The notes below the pieces were generated by a model. The model was not told where the DNA came from. It searched no databases and saw nothing but the letters and a program-made list of their open reading frames with translations. The translations under genes were made by a program, and so were the position numbers. A DNA stretch of 62,775 nucleotides, the filler included, from Candidatus Zapsychrus exili (GTDB lineage: Bacteria > Omnitrophota > Gorgyraeia > Zapsychrales > Zapsychraceae), in NCBI GenBank assembly GCA_030765585.1. It is 5 parts of 5 records of this genome, joined end to end, with 100 filler letters (N's around TTAATTAATTAA, not from the genome) between each part and the next. Parts side by side here need not be neighbours in the genome. Positions count along the whole stretch, not along the records: positions 13,833 to 23,834 come from JAVCCJ010000122.1; positions 23,935 to 32,111 come from JAVCCJ010000116.1; 3 more parts are not named here. One strand, written 5' to 3'. Shown here one piece after another: positions 21,458 to 31,318 of the stretch; position 1 is the stretch's first letter, and the number at the start of each line of letters is the position of its first letter.

Positions 21458-22225
21458 ATGAATAAAATTATTAATATATTAGGAGTCAATGTAGCTGTTA
21501 CTAATTTGAAGTCTGCAGTTAGTGTTATATTTGATTGGATTGATAATAAAGCTAAGCATTATGTATGTATTGCGCCAGTCTCTACCATTGTTGATTGCCA
21601 GAAAGATGAAAAATATCTAGAAATAGTAAATGGTTCTGGCATGACAACTCCTGACGGAATGCCTCTTGTGTGGATAGGAAGATTGAAGGGTAAAAAAGCT
21701 ATTTCAAGAACATATGGTCCAGATTTGATGTCTCTATTATGTGATTTAAGCCAAGACAAGGGATATAGACATTTTTTTTATGGTGGTACAGAAGAGACAA
21801 ATAAAAAACTTATTTGTAATTTAAAAGAGAGGTTTCCTAGAATTCAGATAGCAGGCGGGCATAACCCTGATTTTTTAAAGGTTGGAGAAGTTGAGAAGAC
21901 AGGCGTGATTGAGAAAATAAATAATGCTAATGCTGATATTTTATGGGTAGGATTAGGTTCTCCAAAACAGGATTATTGGATGCATAATCATAAAAGTAAA
22001 CTTAATACGACTGTTATGATAGGCGTGGGCGCAGCATTTGACTTTATAGCAGGTACCAAGAAACAGGCTCCAATATGGATGAGAAGGTCTGGTTTAGAGT
22101 GGTTTTTTAGATTAATAAGCGAGCCAAAAAGATTGTGGAGAAGATATTTGCTTGGAAATTCATTATTTATTTATCTTTTAATAAAAAATTGGTTTAAACC
22201 TAATAAAGCAGCGAGTTTGACATGA
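21458..22225 (+). CDS. WecB/TagA/CpsF family glycosyltransferase (GT26)
   Basis: PDGMPLVW, GPDLM, VGLGSPKQD, GVGAAFDF, GLEWFFRLISEPKRLWRRY. Confidence 0.93.
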   Translation: MNKIINILGVNVAVTNLKSAVSVIFDWIDNKAKHYVCIAPVSTIVDCQKDEKYLEIVNGSGMTTPDGMPLVWIGRLKGKKAISRTYGPDLMSLLCDLSQDKGYRHFFYGGTEETNKKLICNLKERFPRIQIAGGHNPDFLKVGEVEKTGVIEKINNANADILWVGLGSPKQDYWMHNHKSKLNTTVMIGVGAAFDFIAGTKKQAPIWMRRSGLEWFFRLISEPKRLWRRYLLGNSLFIYLLIKNWFKPNKAASLT

Positions 22226-23646
22226 TTAAAGCAAAGAAAAATTATTTAATAAGGTTAGCATATCTCGCAATTGATATTGTTTGCATATGTTTTGCAATTT
22301 ATTTAGCTTGTTTGATAAGACATACAACCCTATCTTTTGACATCACTTTCCAAAACTTATTTCTAAACGTAGATAATCCATTTCGTCCTATTTTTATATT
22401 TTGGACTGCTATAACGATGTTATTGTTGAGCTTTCAGCCTATATATCAAACAAAGCGAGCGATGTTAGAAGGCTTTGAAATAGGGGCAATAGCAAAGTAT
22501 GTTTCTTTAAGTTCTTTTGTATCTGTAGTCGCTATATTTGGGTTTAGAATTCAAGGTTTTCCTAGAAGCGTGTTACTTGTAGGGACCATTATGATAATTG
22601 CTTTTCTTTCTATTTGGAGAATATTAAAGAGGGCATTTGTAAAATATCTTGTTGCAAAAGGGTACAACAATTTTAATGCAATTATTATAGGAGCTGGAAA
22701 AGTTGGAACAGCATTGGCTGAGGAGATACGTAAAAATCCTGGGTTAGGGATTAAAGTTGTAGGATTTTTAGATGATTATAAAACAGGAGAGATAGAAAAG
22801 CTTAATATAAAAGCTTTAGGTAAGATTTCTAATTTAAAAAGTGTTGTTAAAAGGGAATTTGTTAATAAAGTTTTTATAACCATACATCATAATAGTGAAG
22901 TTTTTTTAAAAATATTAGAACAGGCAAAAGAACTTGGAATAGCGATAAGAGTTGTTCCGCAAGGTTTTGAGCTTATGCCTAGACAAATTTCAAATTACAA
23001 TATAGGGATTATTCCTATATTAGAATATTCAGATAATTTTCAATTTAAAAAGCAAATGGGTAAGCGTACGTTCGATTTTCTTACTAGTTTAATTGGAACG
23101 ATTTTAGCGTTGCCAGTATTAGTGATAGTTTCTGTGGCGATTAAATTTACGAGCAAAGGATCAGTTTTTTATACATCTAAGAGATATGGGCGAAATGGAA
23201 GAATTTTTAATATGTATAAATTCAGAAGTATGAATAAAGACGCCGATAAACTTCTTCATGAAATCTCTGAAAAGAACGAGGTGGATGGTCCTATATTTAA
23301 AATAAAAAATGATCCTAGAATTACAAAGATTGGAAAATTTTTAAGGAGATACAGTTTAGACGAGCTTCCTCAGATCATAAATGTGTTAAAAGGCGATATG
23401 AGCTTAGTTGGGCCAAGACCTTTGCCGATTGATCAAATTGTAAAAGAAGATTTAAAACAGTTGAAGCGTCTTGAGGTAAGGCCTGGAATTACAGGTCTTT
23501 GGCAGATAAGAGGTAGAAGTGATATTTCTTTTATGAGATTAGTCAAATGGGATATGTGGTATATAAATAATTGGTCTTTTTGGTTAGATTTAAGTATTTT
23601 GTTTCAAACAATACCTGTTGTGCTGAAAGGTAGAGGGGCGTACTAA
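22222..23646 (+). CDS. Polyprenyl-phosphate sugar-1-phosphate transferase (WcaJ/WbaP-like)
   Basis: KRTFDF, YKFRSM, DPRIT, SLDELPQ, GDMSLVGPRP, PGITGLWQ. Confidence 0.93.
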   Translation: MIKAKKNYLIRLAYLAIDIVCICFAIYLACLIRHTTLSFDITFQNLFLNVDNPFRPIFIFWTAITMLLLSFQPIYQTKRAMLEGFEIGAIAKYVSLSSFVSVVAIFGFRIQGFPRSVLLVGTIMIIAFLSIWRILKRAFVKYLVAKGYNNFNAIIIGAGKVGTALAEEIRKNPGLGIKVVGFLDDYKTGEIEKLNIKALGKISNLKSVVKREFVNKVFITIHHNSEVFLKILEQAKELGIAIRVVPQGFELMPRQISNYNIGIIPILEYSDNFQFKKQMGKRTFDFLTSLIGTILALPVLVIVSVAIKFTSKGSVFYTSKRYGRNGRIFNMYKFRSMNKDADKLLHEISEKNEVDGPIFKIKNDPRITKIGKFLRRYSLDELPQIINVLKGDMSLVGPRPLPIDQIVKEDLKQLKRLEVRPGITGLWQIRGRSDISFMRLVKWDMWYINNWSFWLDLSILFQTIPVVLKGRGAY

Positions 23647-23672
23647 TTTTTTAAGCTGTCAGCTTAAAAAAT
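23646..23672. terminator. Palindrome directly after the stop codon, likely terminator
   Basis: ATTTTTTAAGCTG-T-CAGCTTAAAAAAT, 13-bp arms. Confidence 0.55.
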
Positions 23673-23834
23673 AAAGCCCAAAACTCAAATACTACAAAAT
23701 TCAAATAGATATTTAGTGTTGGATATTAGAAAATAGTGGCCCGCCAAAATTTGTAAATTTTGTCGAGGTCTCGCCATTCATTGTAAAATGAACGGTGGAT
23801 AAGTTATAAGTTGTAAGGAAAAGAAAAAAATAAA

Positions 23835-23934
23835 NNNNNNNNNNNNNNNNNNNNNNNNNNNNNNNNNNNNNNNNNNNNTTAATTAATTAANNNNNNNNNN
23901 NNNNNNNNNNNNNNNNNNNNNNNNNNNNNNNNNN
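23835..23934. other. Artificial contig linker
   Basis: N44-TTAATTAATTAA-N44. Confidence 0.98.
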
Positions 23935-23935
23935 C

Positions 23936-25264
23936 CTGACGCTTCTTCAGAAGGAATGTAATGAAAAATTTGGATACACGGCTAATCAAACTTTGGAATA
24001 TGCCCAGGATTTGTACGAAAAGCAAAAATTGATCAGTTATCCCCGTACCGAGTCTAGGCATTTATCCGAGAATATCCGTCCAGAATTGCCTAGCATTCTT
24101 CATAGCGCGCCGGATAATTTAAAACACATGGCTGCAAAGTCCATAAAGCATCTTGAGTTGGGGTATAAGCTTGGCAAGAATTACATCAATGACAAGAAAC
24201 TAACTGATCATCATGCCATTATTCCGACAAAGAAAAAGCTGCAGGGTCGATTAGACAAAAATCTTGAAAATATTTACATGCTGATTCAAAAGCGGTTTAT
24301 CGCGATCTTTTATCCTGATTTTGTTGAAGATGTTACAGAGATAACGATGCATATTGAGCAAGAGGTTTTTATGTCCAAAGGAGCTCGTCCTGCTGTAATA
24401 GGATGGCGAAATATTTATCAAAAGGCTGTTGTCGACAATGCGGAGGGTTTAGGGCAAGCTCTAGATGCGAATAGTAAGAAAATTAGCGCTTTAGACCGAT
24501 ACCCTGTCCGTCCGGAAGTCATTGATATGTTAAGCGCAGAATTCACTAAAGGACAAATATTGCCCATTGACGCATTGGAAGTCCAGGAAAAAGAAACTTC
24601 ACCGCCCAAGGCGTTTACTGATGGGACTTTATTGAATGCCATGCGATATATCGGCAAGCAAGTTGATGATGATACATTAGCGGCGCATTTGAAAGATCAG
24701 GGCCTTGGAACGCAGGCCACTCGGGCAACAATTATCGAAAGACTGGTTAAGTCCAATTACATTGTTAGAAAAAAGAAGGCTTTGATTCCGACAGACAAGG
24801 GTATTCAATTGATAGACGTGGTTGTTCCTGATTTAAAAAGTCCTGAAATGACGGCTCAATGGGAGCAGAAGCTGACAGAAATTAAGGATGGAAATCTTAG
24901 CGAGAACGATTTTATGGGAGAGATCAAGTCTTTTGCTAAGGGAGTGATCTCTGAAATCAAAAATAATCATTCTCTTAAAGGCTCTGTCGGTGGTAAAATG
25001 AACTTCGGCACATGCCCGCAATGCAAACAAGGTCAGATTTACGAAGGAAAAAAGTCCTATTATTGCTCGCGCTACAAGGAAGGCTGCCAATTTATTTTAT
25101 GGTCAATAATCGCTAGCAAAAAGCTTGACTCTAATCAGGTTAAGAAAATAATAAAAGAAGGGCACTCGGATCTGATTGAAGGGTTCACATCCAAAAAGAA
25201 GCAGCCGTTCAATGCTGTGGTTGAATTGGATAAAGAGTTTAAGACGAGGTTTGTTTTCTTATAA
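23936..25264 (+). CDS. topB: DNA topoisomerase III (type IA), 5'-truncated by contig end
   Basis: Frame open from contig edge (LTLLQKECN...AQDLYE), catalytic ISYPRTES, DHHAIIPT, GLGTQATRA, C-terminal CPQC zinc ribbon and repeat. Confidence 0.88.
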   Translation: MTLLQKECNEKFGYTANQTLEYAQDLYEKQKLISYPRTESRHLSENIRPELPSILHSAPDNLKHMAAKSIKHLELGYKLGKNYINDKKLTDHHAIIPTKKKLQGRLDKNLENIYMLIQKRFIAIFYPDFVEDVTEITMHIEQEVFMSKGARPAVIGWRNIYQKAVVDNAEGLGQALDANSKKISALDRYPVRPEVIDMLSAEFTKGQILPIDALEVQEKETSPPKAFTDGTLLNAMRYIGKQVDDDTLAAHLKDQGLGTQATRATIIERLVKSNYIVRKKKALIPTDKGIQLIDVVVPDLKSPEMTAQWEQKLTEIKDGNLSENDFMGEIKSFAKGVISEIKNNHSLKGSVGGKMNFGTCPQCKQGQIYEGKKSYYCSRYKEGCQFILWSIIASKKLDSNQVKKIIKEGHSDLIEGFTSKKKQPFNAVVELDKEFKTRFVFL

Positions 25265-25278
25265 GAAAACAAACCTCG
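25245..25278. repeat. Perfect 34-bp palindrome spanning the topB stop codon
   Basis: CGAGGTTTGTTTTCTTA|TAAGAAAACAAACCTCG. Confidence 0.9.
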
Positions 25279-25643
25279 ACAAGGTGATTTCAAACCCGAG
25301 AAAATCTCAATGCAAGCGACAAGCTTTTCTTGTAGCTCATAGGAAATTCCAGACATTATGAAAATCTCGAACGGTTCTGCGAGTTTTCATAAACAAGAAT
25401 TTCCGTTTAATATGTTTCTCGAACAAAAATCACCGCAACAAGAATAACGTTTTATCAAGAACATCACCGCCCAAAATCTATTTCTGTACGGTCATGCTTA
25501 GAAACATAGCATGACCTTTTAGAGATAAGCTCTGCTTATCTCTTACATTACTGCGGAAAAAGAATAACATTTGGCGATGATTTTTGTTCATGAAAAACCG
25601 TTAAAGATTCGGTATTTTCATGGTGGTTGAAATCACCTTGTCG
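25277..25643. mobile_element. Non-coding MITE-like element with 17-bp perfect terminal inverted repeats
   Basis: CGACAAGGTGATTTCAA (25277-25293) and TTGAAATCACCTTGTCG (25627-25643); internal nested hairpins; no credible ORF. Confidence 0.5.
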
Positions 25644-25695
25644 CGATATTCTCATGGAATATCGCTTATTATTTTATTAGTATTTGGAGTTAGTT

Positions 25696-26151
25696 ATGTT
25701 GAATATTTATATTGATGCGTATGCATGTCCCGTAAAAAATGAAATTTATCGTGTTGCAGAACGCTATAAACTTGATGTGATATTGGTCGCCAACTGTTGG
25801 ATGCGGGCGCCAGAAGAATCTTGGATTACAATTGAGGTTGTGGGTGATCGTCTTGATGAGGCTGATGATTGGATTGTTGAACAGGTAAAATCGAATGATA
25901 TTGTGATTACGGCAGATATTTTGCTTGCTGGTCGTTGTTTAAAAGAAGAAGCGTATGTGATTGGGCCAAACGGAAAATCATTTGATAAAGATAATATTGG
26001 TGATGCAGTCGCAATGCGCTCTTTAATGTCGGAATTGCGTGATTCAGGAGAAATCACCGGAGGTCCGCCACCATTTCAGAAGAAGGACCGTTCAAACTTC
26101 TTACAAGAACTTGATCGCGTGATTCAGCTTATACGTCGTGAGCATTCATAA
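25696..26151 (+). CDS. yaiI: YaiI/YqxD (UPF0178) family protein
   Basis: IYIDAYACPVK, EADDWIV, VITADILLA, GGPPPFQKKDRSNF; ATG 25696 after GGAG. Confidence 0.88.
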   Translation: MLNIYIDAYACPVKNEIYRVAERYKLDVILVANCWMRAPEESWITIEVVGDRLDEADDWIVEQVKSNDIVITADILLAGRCLKEEAYVIGPNGKSFDKDNIGDAVAMRSLMSELRDSGEITGGPPPFQKKDRSNFLQELDRVIQLIRREHS

Positions 26152-26372
26152 CACCAGTTTTGGTGCCACGCACGCTGGCGCTGTAATCTGTTTTTTCATC
26201 TCATTTAAATCTTTCTGTATCATTCTTTTACGATAGTAATCCCTGTCATGACCTTTCATGGTTAAATGTACAACCACCCTAAGTTAAAACATTTGCATTG
26301 ACATATTGAAAAAATGTGTTAAATTATCAATGTAGAATAAATATCCGAGAATACCTTCAGGAGGTATCTACT

Positions 26373-27164
26373 ATGAGTAAAAATACAATAGGTCGGTTAG
26401 GTCCTATCGAGGCGCAGATAATAGCACGGCTGACGTATGAAGCCACAACTCTGGTTTCGGCAGAAGAGTTGGATAAAATTTTTAAACTTTCCGCTGTAGA
26501 TCGTGCCAAAGTTGTTTCGCGACTTAAAAAGAAAAATATATTATTCCCTATTAAACGTGGGCTTTATATTTTTTCCCCACTTGAATCAGGTCCTTCGGGA
26601 AGAAGCATTGATGAGATGTTGATACCATCTCTGTACTTGCCTAACGATAATTACTATATTGGATATTCAACTATGTTTAATTCTTATGGATTTAGTGAGC
26701 AGATATTCCAAACGATGTATGTTTTAAACACATCGTTTAATAAGCGGAAAAGTATTTGCGGCATTTCATTCAAATTTCTAAAGATTCCAGAAAATAGAAT
26801 GTATGGGATTAAAACAATAAAAGTAAAAGAACGTGATGTTATGATCAGTGATAAGGAAAGGACACTCATTGATTTGTTGTACTTTAACAAACCTGTTGGA
26901 GGCGTTTTTGCCTCGTCTGAGATTTTTAAGAGAGTGGTTCAGGGTAAACAATGCAACATAAAAAAAATTATTGGCTATGCGAGTAAATTTCCAAATGTGA
27001 CAATTCGAAAGAGAGTAGGAGTGTTATTAGAATCTGCCGGAATAAGTGAGTTAGATTTGAAGCCTTTATTTAGGTCTGTAAAGAATACGGCAATTAGTTC
27101 ATTAGGGAAAACACGAAAAGGGAAGTTGAGTAAGAAATGGAGAGTTATTATTGATGCTTCATAA
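26373..27164 (+). CDS. abiEi: Type IV toxin-antitoxin AbiEi-family antitoxin
   Basis: wHTH-like N-terminus (RLKKKN...IKRGLY), YYIGYSTMFN...GFSEQ, SDKERTLID; ATG after GGAGG; overlaps abiEii. Confidence 0.8.
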   Translation: MSKNTIGRLGPIEAQIIARLTYEATTLVSAEELDKIFKLSAVDRAKVVSRLKKKNILFPIKRGLYIFSPLESGPSGRSIDEMLIPSLYLPNDNYYIGYSTMFNSYGFSEQIFQTMYVLNTSFNKRKSICGISFKFLKIPENRMYGIKTIKVKERDVMISDKERTLIDLLYFNKPVGGVFASSEIFKRVVQGKQCNIKKIIGYASKFPNVTIRKRVGVLLESAGISELDLKPLFRSVKNTAISSLGKTRKGKLSKKWRVIIDAS

Positions 27165-28032
27165 GGATAAAGAAAAATTTTCTGACATGATTTACAGAGT
27201 TGTTAACCAGACAGGCTTTTCTGCACAGCTTCTTGAGAAGGATTATTATCTGACGCTCTTTCTTTCAAGAATTAATGAGCTCTCAGATAGCCTAATTTTT
27301 AAGGGTGGCACTTGCCTTAATAAGATTTATTATTCTTATTATCGCTTGAGTGAAGACTTGGATTTTAGTATGCGTCTTCCTGACTACACGACTGCACGGG
27401 GTAATAGACGTAAATGTATTCAGTCTGTTAAGGATACTATTGAGACATATGCTGAGCAGTTCGGATTAAAGGTTGATGATAAGGAAAATCCTGGACGTAA
27501 TGAATCAAAACAGTATGTTTATTATTTGATTTATCAGTCTGCTTTGCGACCGCAGGAACTGGGAATTAAATTTGAAGTTGGACTTAGATTTAATCCGATT
27601 CTTGATACTGAAACAAGGGAAGTTAGACATAAATTCTTACATCCGTTTACTGGTGAGCCTTTGTTTGATGGTGGGTGTGTAAGTTGTTTATCTTTAAAGG
27701 AAGTGGTCAGTGAAAAACTTAGAGCTGCCGCAATCCGAAAAATAATCGCTCCTCGTGATTTCTATGATCTTGATTTTATTGTTCGCCAAGGTTTTGATTT
27801 GTCGGATAAGGATGTGTTGAGCCTTTTTGTGAAAAAGCTAGAAGAAGATGGTGGTGATCCTGACTTAGAAAAATACAAAATTAACCTCGGTCGGTCGGAC
27901 AAAGAAATCAAAGATATGAAGTCACGGATTGAGAATGAGTTGTTTGATGTGTTGACTGTCAGCGAGCGAGAGAATTTTGATTTGGATACAGCTTTAAAAA
28001 GGATTAATAAGGTGATAGGAAAAATTGTATAG
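27154..28032 (+). CDS. abiEii: AbiEii/AbiGii nucleotidyltransferase toxin
   Basis: LEKDY, FKGGTCL...YYRLSEDLDF, EKLRA, RDFYDL. Confidence 0.9.
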   Translation: MLHKDKEKFSDMIYRVVNQTGFSAQLLEKDYYLTLFLSRINELSDSLIFKGGTCLNKIYYSYYRLSEDLDFSMRLPDYTTARGNRRKCIQSVKDTIETYAEQFGLKVDDKENPGRNESKQYVYYLIYQSALRPQELGIKFEVGLRFNPILDTETREVRHKFLHPFTGEPLFDGGCVSCLSLKEVVSEKLRAAAIRKIIAPRDFYDLDFIVRQGFDLSDKDVLSLFVKKLEEDGGDPDLEKYKINLGRSDKEIKDMKSRIENELFDVLTVSERENFDLDTALKRINKVIGKIV

Positions 28033-28063
28033 GCAGGAATAATTCTAGTTTGGAGATTTACTC

Positions 28064-29095
28064 ATGCAAAATATAATCATATCTAAATCCTACGATAATT
28101 TGTTTTTAAGAATCAAAAATGCTTTTTCTCTTGGGTTGGTCAAGGCAGAGAAGGCATTAGAATATCAGCGTATTAAAACCTATTGGCAGGTTGGAAGAGA
28201 AATAAATAAGGCAGCTTGCGCGCCTGGTAGCGAGTTATGTTTAGGCCAGATGCTCTATGAAAAAATAAGTGCTGATTTAAAGCAACAAATTAATTTAGAT
28301 ATTAGCCCTGATACAGTCAGTAGAACTGTACGTTTTAGCAAAGACTATCCTAAGTGTCCCAAGAAAACACATCTAACATTCACTCATTATCTTGCTTTGC
28401 AGCGTATTAAGGATCCAAAACTTAGGCTTAAGTTTGAGCGCGATGCTATTAGCAAAAACATGAAGGTTGAAGATTTAAAGAATGCTGTATATAAAATTAC
28501 CAATAGGGCGAATCCCAACCGCGAGCAAAGCCAACTTGTAGTAGAAAGAGGAGAGCCGTTTGTATATTCTGTATATGTAGATAGCAATGTTAAGGGTAAG
28601 GATACATTTCGTATTGATTGTGGCTTTAGAATAAATAAACACTTACATAAGCAAACTTTTAAAATTGATCAAAAGCTTACAATTTGCTCTATTAAAGAGG
28701 GTGATAAATATCGTACTCATATTTATAAGAGTGGTGCCCATAAGCTTTATACGTATCCTGCAAAGATAACCAAGATAATAGATGCAGATACAGTTGATGC
28801 GCAAATAGATGTTGGATTTTCAATTGGATTAAATGAGCGCCTAAGATTTAAGGGTATCGATGCCCCAGAGATAACAACGCAGGCAGGAAAAGTTGCTAAG
28901 AAATTTCTAGTTGATTATTTAGTTAAGTGTCCAATTGTAGTAATACGCACTAAAACAAAGGGAAATTATGGTCGCTGGATTTCAGATGTTTTTGCGCTTA
29001 AAGGATGTAGCGATCCTTACGAGATTGCCTCAAAAGGAGAATGTATAAATCAGCTTCTGATTCGTAATAATTTAGCAAAAATCTATAAAGGATGA
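28064..29095 (+). CDS. DUF1016 N-terminal-like domain fused to thermonuclease (SNase) domain
   Basis: N-term YWQVGREI...LTFTHYLAL; C-term KIIDADTVD, RLRFKGIDAPE, YGRWI, INQLLI. Confidence 0.72.
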   Translation: MQNIIISKSYDNLFLRIKNAFSLGLVKAEKALEYQRIKTYWQVGREINKAACAPGSELCLGQMLYEKISADLKQQINLDISPDTVSRTVRFSKDYPKCPKKTHLTFTHYLALQRIKDPKLRLKFERDAISKNMKVEDLKNAVYKITNRANPNREQSQLVVERGEPFVYSVYVDSNVKGKDTFRIDCGFRINKHLHKQTFKIDQKLTICSIKEGDKYRTHIYKSGAHKLYTYPAKITKIIDADTVDAQIDVGFSIGLNERLRFKGIDAPEITTQAGKVAKKFLVDYLVKCPIVVIRTKTKGNYGRWISDVFALKGCSDPYEIASKGECINQLLIRNNLAKIYKG

Positions 29096-29271
29096 TATCA
29101 AATTAAGGTTTAAGGTTAACTATTTGAATTCTTTTTATGTTCCGGGGACACAGAGCTGCAAGGGAATTCAAATTGATTTATTTTAATCGGTTAGTATTGA
29201 ATCATTTTCAAACATAACCCAGTTGTAAAACTCATCCACTTCGAGTAGAATATTTAAAAAAGGAGAAGATT

Positions 29272-29757
29272 GTGAAAAAAATAATTCTAATTATATTTGT
29301 ATTTTTAGTTTTCACTTCAGTATGCTATTCTCAAGATTCGCTATTACAGGTTAGCATAGAAGTAGATAAAGAATCATATGATCAAGGTGAAGTTGTAAAA
29401 ATAACTTTAAGAAATGACTTGAGCGAAAATGTTTTTTCTCAGATAGGAAGTCACACCCCTGTTTTTTCTATAGATAGTATTGAAAAGAAAGATTCTATTG
29501 GGGATTGGGAAAAACTGTTTGCACAATGCCAATACCCTCATTGTATTTATGATATGGATGGCCCTGTGGAGATAGAGTCAATGCAATCGGTGTCATTCGA
29601 TTGGAATCCTCTGATATATTTAGACGGTACAGATAAATATATTCAAGCAAAATCAGGAATGTATCGTTTGTTGATTCTTTACCAAACAAGAAAAGGAACT
29701 TCTTCGGAGGATTGGAAATGGTTAAAAGTATATTCTAATGAATTTATAATCAACTAA
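29272..29757 (+). CDS. Secreted hypothetical protein (possibly Ig-like beta fold)
   Basis: GTG after AAGGAG, signal peptide (MKKIILIIFVFLVFTSVCYS), VDKESYDQGEVVKITLRN, C-terminal SNEFII. Confidence 0.7.
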   Translation: MKKIILIIFVFLVFTSVCYSQDSLLQVSIEVDKESYDQGEVVKITLRNDLSENVFSQIGSHTPVFSIDSIEKKDSIGDWEKLFAQCQYPHCIYDMDGPVEIESMQSVSFDWNPLIYLDGTDKYIQAKSGMYRLLILYQTRKGTSSEDWKWLKVYSNEFIIN

Positions 29758-29820
29758 GAGATGCAAGTTTGCTTATGGCTTTGTGCATACATGGGGTCAG
29801 ACCCAAGAGCTTTAAATATC

Positions 29821-30942
29821 ATGAACAAGATTAAATTAATAGTAACAACAACTTTTGGACTTGAATCAGTTGTAAAAAAAGAACTGATTACTCTTGGCTT
29901 TGATAATTTTATTGTGTCAGACGGAAAGATTGAATTTGATGCTAATAAAAGCGACATACCTAAGCTAAATCTTTCCCTTAGGGCGGCCGATAGGGTGCTT
30001 GTTAAAATGGGCGAATTTAAGGCTACTGATTTTGACCTTTTATTTGACCAGACAAAAGCGTTACCTTGGAATAATTGGATTACAAAAGATGGAAAGATTA
30101 CCGTAATAGGCAAATCTGTAAAATCTTCTCTTAGAAGCGTTCGAGCGAATCAGTCTATTGTTAAAAAAGCAATTATTGAAAATATGCAGGAAGTATTTAA
30201 TAAAGAAATATTTCCTGAGACTGGTCCAGAATTTATTATTAAAGTTTCTATATTAAAAAATATTGCTCAGTTGACCATTGATACATCAGGTGTAGGGCTT
30301 CATAAGAGAGGCTATAGAATAGACACCGGGGATGTTCCTATAAGAGAGAATCTTGCAGCAGGGCTTATTCTTTTAAGTTTTTATAATAGAGGTAAAGTAT
30401 TAATTGATCCTATGTGCGGATCTGGAACTATTTTAATTGAGGCAGCAATGATTGGCAGAAATATTGCTCCAGGGCTTAATCGTAATTTTATATCAGAAGA
30501 TTGGCCGACACTTGATAAAAAGTTTTGGGAAGATGCAAGAAGCTTTGCTCATGCTGCGATTCGCCCAACAGGCGATTTGAAAGTTTTTGGTTATGATATT
30601 GATAAGGAAAGAATAGAGGGTTGCAAGGCTAATGCTAAGAATGCAGGTGTCTTAGAGGATATCGTTTTTAAACAACAAGATATAAAAGATTTAAAAGTAG
30701 AGTGTGAAAACGGTATGCTTATTTCAAATCCACCCTATGGTGTTAAAATGGCCCTTGAACGTGGTTTTAATCATATTTATGGTCCTATTAATATGATTTT
30801 TGCAGACAAACCGGGATGGGGAGTATATATCATAACTGCAGATAAAAATTTTCCTAACAGTTTTAAACAAGCAAAACCTAATAAAGTGCGAAAATTGTAT
30901 AATGGCACGATAGAAGTAAATTATTATCAGTATAGGAGATAG
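29821..30942 (+). CDS. THUMP-domain class I SAM-dependent RNA methyltransferase (RlmL/YpsC-like)
   Basis: TTFGLE, LHKRGYR, PIRENLAAG, DPMCGSGT, SNPPYG. Confidence 0.9.
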   Translation: MNKIKLIVTTTFGLESVVKKELITLGFDNFIVSDGKIEFDANKSDIPKLNLSLRAADRVLVKMGEFKATDFDLLFDQTKALPWNNWITKDGKITVIGKSVKSSLRSVRANQSIVKKAIIENMQEVFNKEIFPETGPEFIIKVSILKNIAQLTIDTSGVGLHKRGYRIDTGDVPIRENLAAGLILLSFYNRGKVLIDPMCGSGTILIEAAMIGRNIAPGLNRNFISEDWPTLDKKFWEDARSFAHAAIRPTGDLKVFGYDIDKERIEGCKANAKNAGVLEDIVFKQQDIKDLKVECENGMLISNPPYGVKMALERGFNHIYGPINMIFADKPGWGVYIITADKNFPNSFKQAKPNKVRKLYNGTIEVNYYQYRR

Positions 30943-31007
30943 TAGAGCCGCTTTTTTTTATTACATAAATAAAATAATCGTAGTAGAATAGTAAAATTAT
31001 ATAAAGC

Positions 31008-31045
31008 TAGGGTCAGACCCTCTGATCTTAGAGGGTCTGACCCTA
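31008..31045. repeat. 16-bp perfect inverted repeat built on GGGTCAGACCC (REP-like / terminator)
   Basis: TAGGGTCAGACCCTCT-GATCTT-AGAGGGTCTGACCCTA; single copy of the core also at 29794-29804. Confidence 0.75.
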
Positions 31046-31063
31046 AGGCATAAAAGGCTAATT

Positions 31064-31297
31064 ATGACTAACAATGATATTTTTAAAAAACTTAGAGTGG
31101 CGTTAAAGCTTAAGGATACTGACATTATTGATATTTTAAATTTAGCTGATTTTCAAATAACCAAAGCTCAATTATCTGCTTTGTTTAGAAGAGAAGATCA
31201 TGATAATTTTATTGAATGCAAGGATCAGATATTAAGAAAATTCTTAAATGGCCTTATTATAAAAAATAGAGGTAAAGAGTTTTATAATTCAAAATAA
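31064..31297 (+). CDS. DUF1456 (YehS-like) family protein
   Basis: MTNNDIFKKLRVALKL...CKDQILRKFLNGLI...RG. Confidence 0.85.
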   Translation: MTNNDIFKKLRVALKLKDTDIIDILNLADFQITKAQLSALFRREDHDNFIECKDQILRKFLNGLIIKNRGKEFYNSK

Positions 31298-31318
31298 TAG
31301 TTTAAAATTGGAGTAGAA

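Noticed and set aside
23738..23800. Imperfect hairpins CGCCAAAATTT/AAATTTTGTCG near the end of contig 2
   Set aside because: Degenerate, single occurrence, at a contig edge; cannot be assigned
26146..26259. 37-aa minus-strand ORF MKGHDRDYYRKRM...
   Set aside because: No clear SD or recognisable motif; may be a gene remnant
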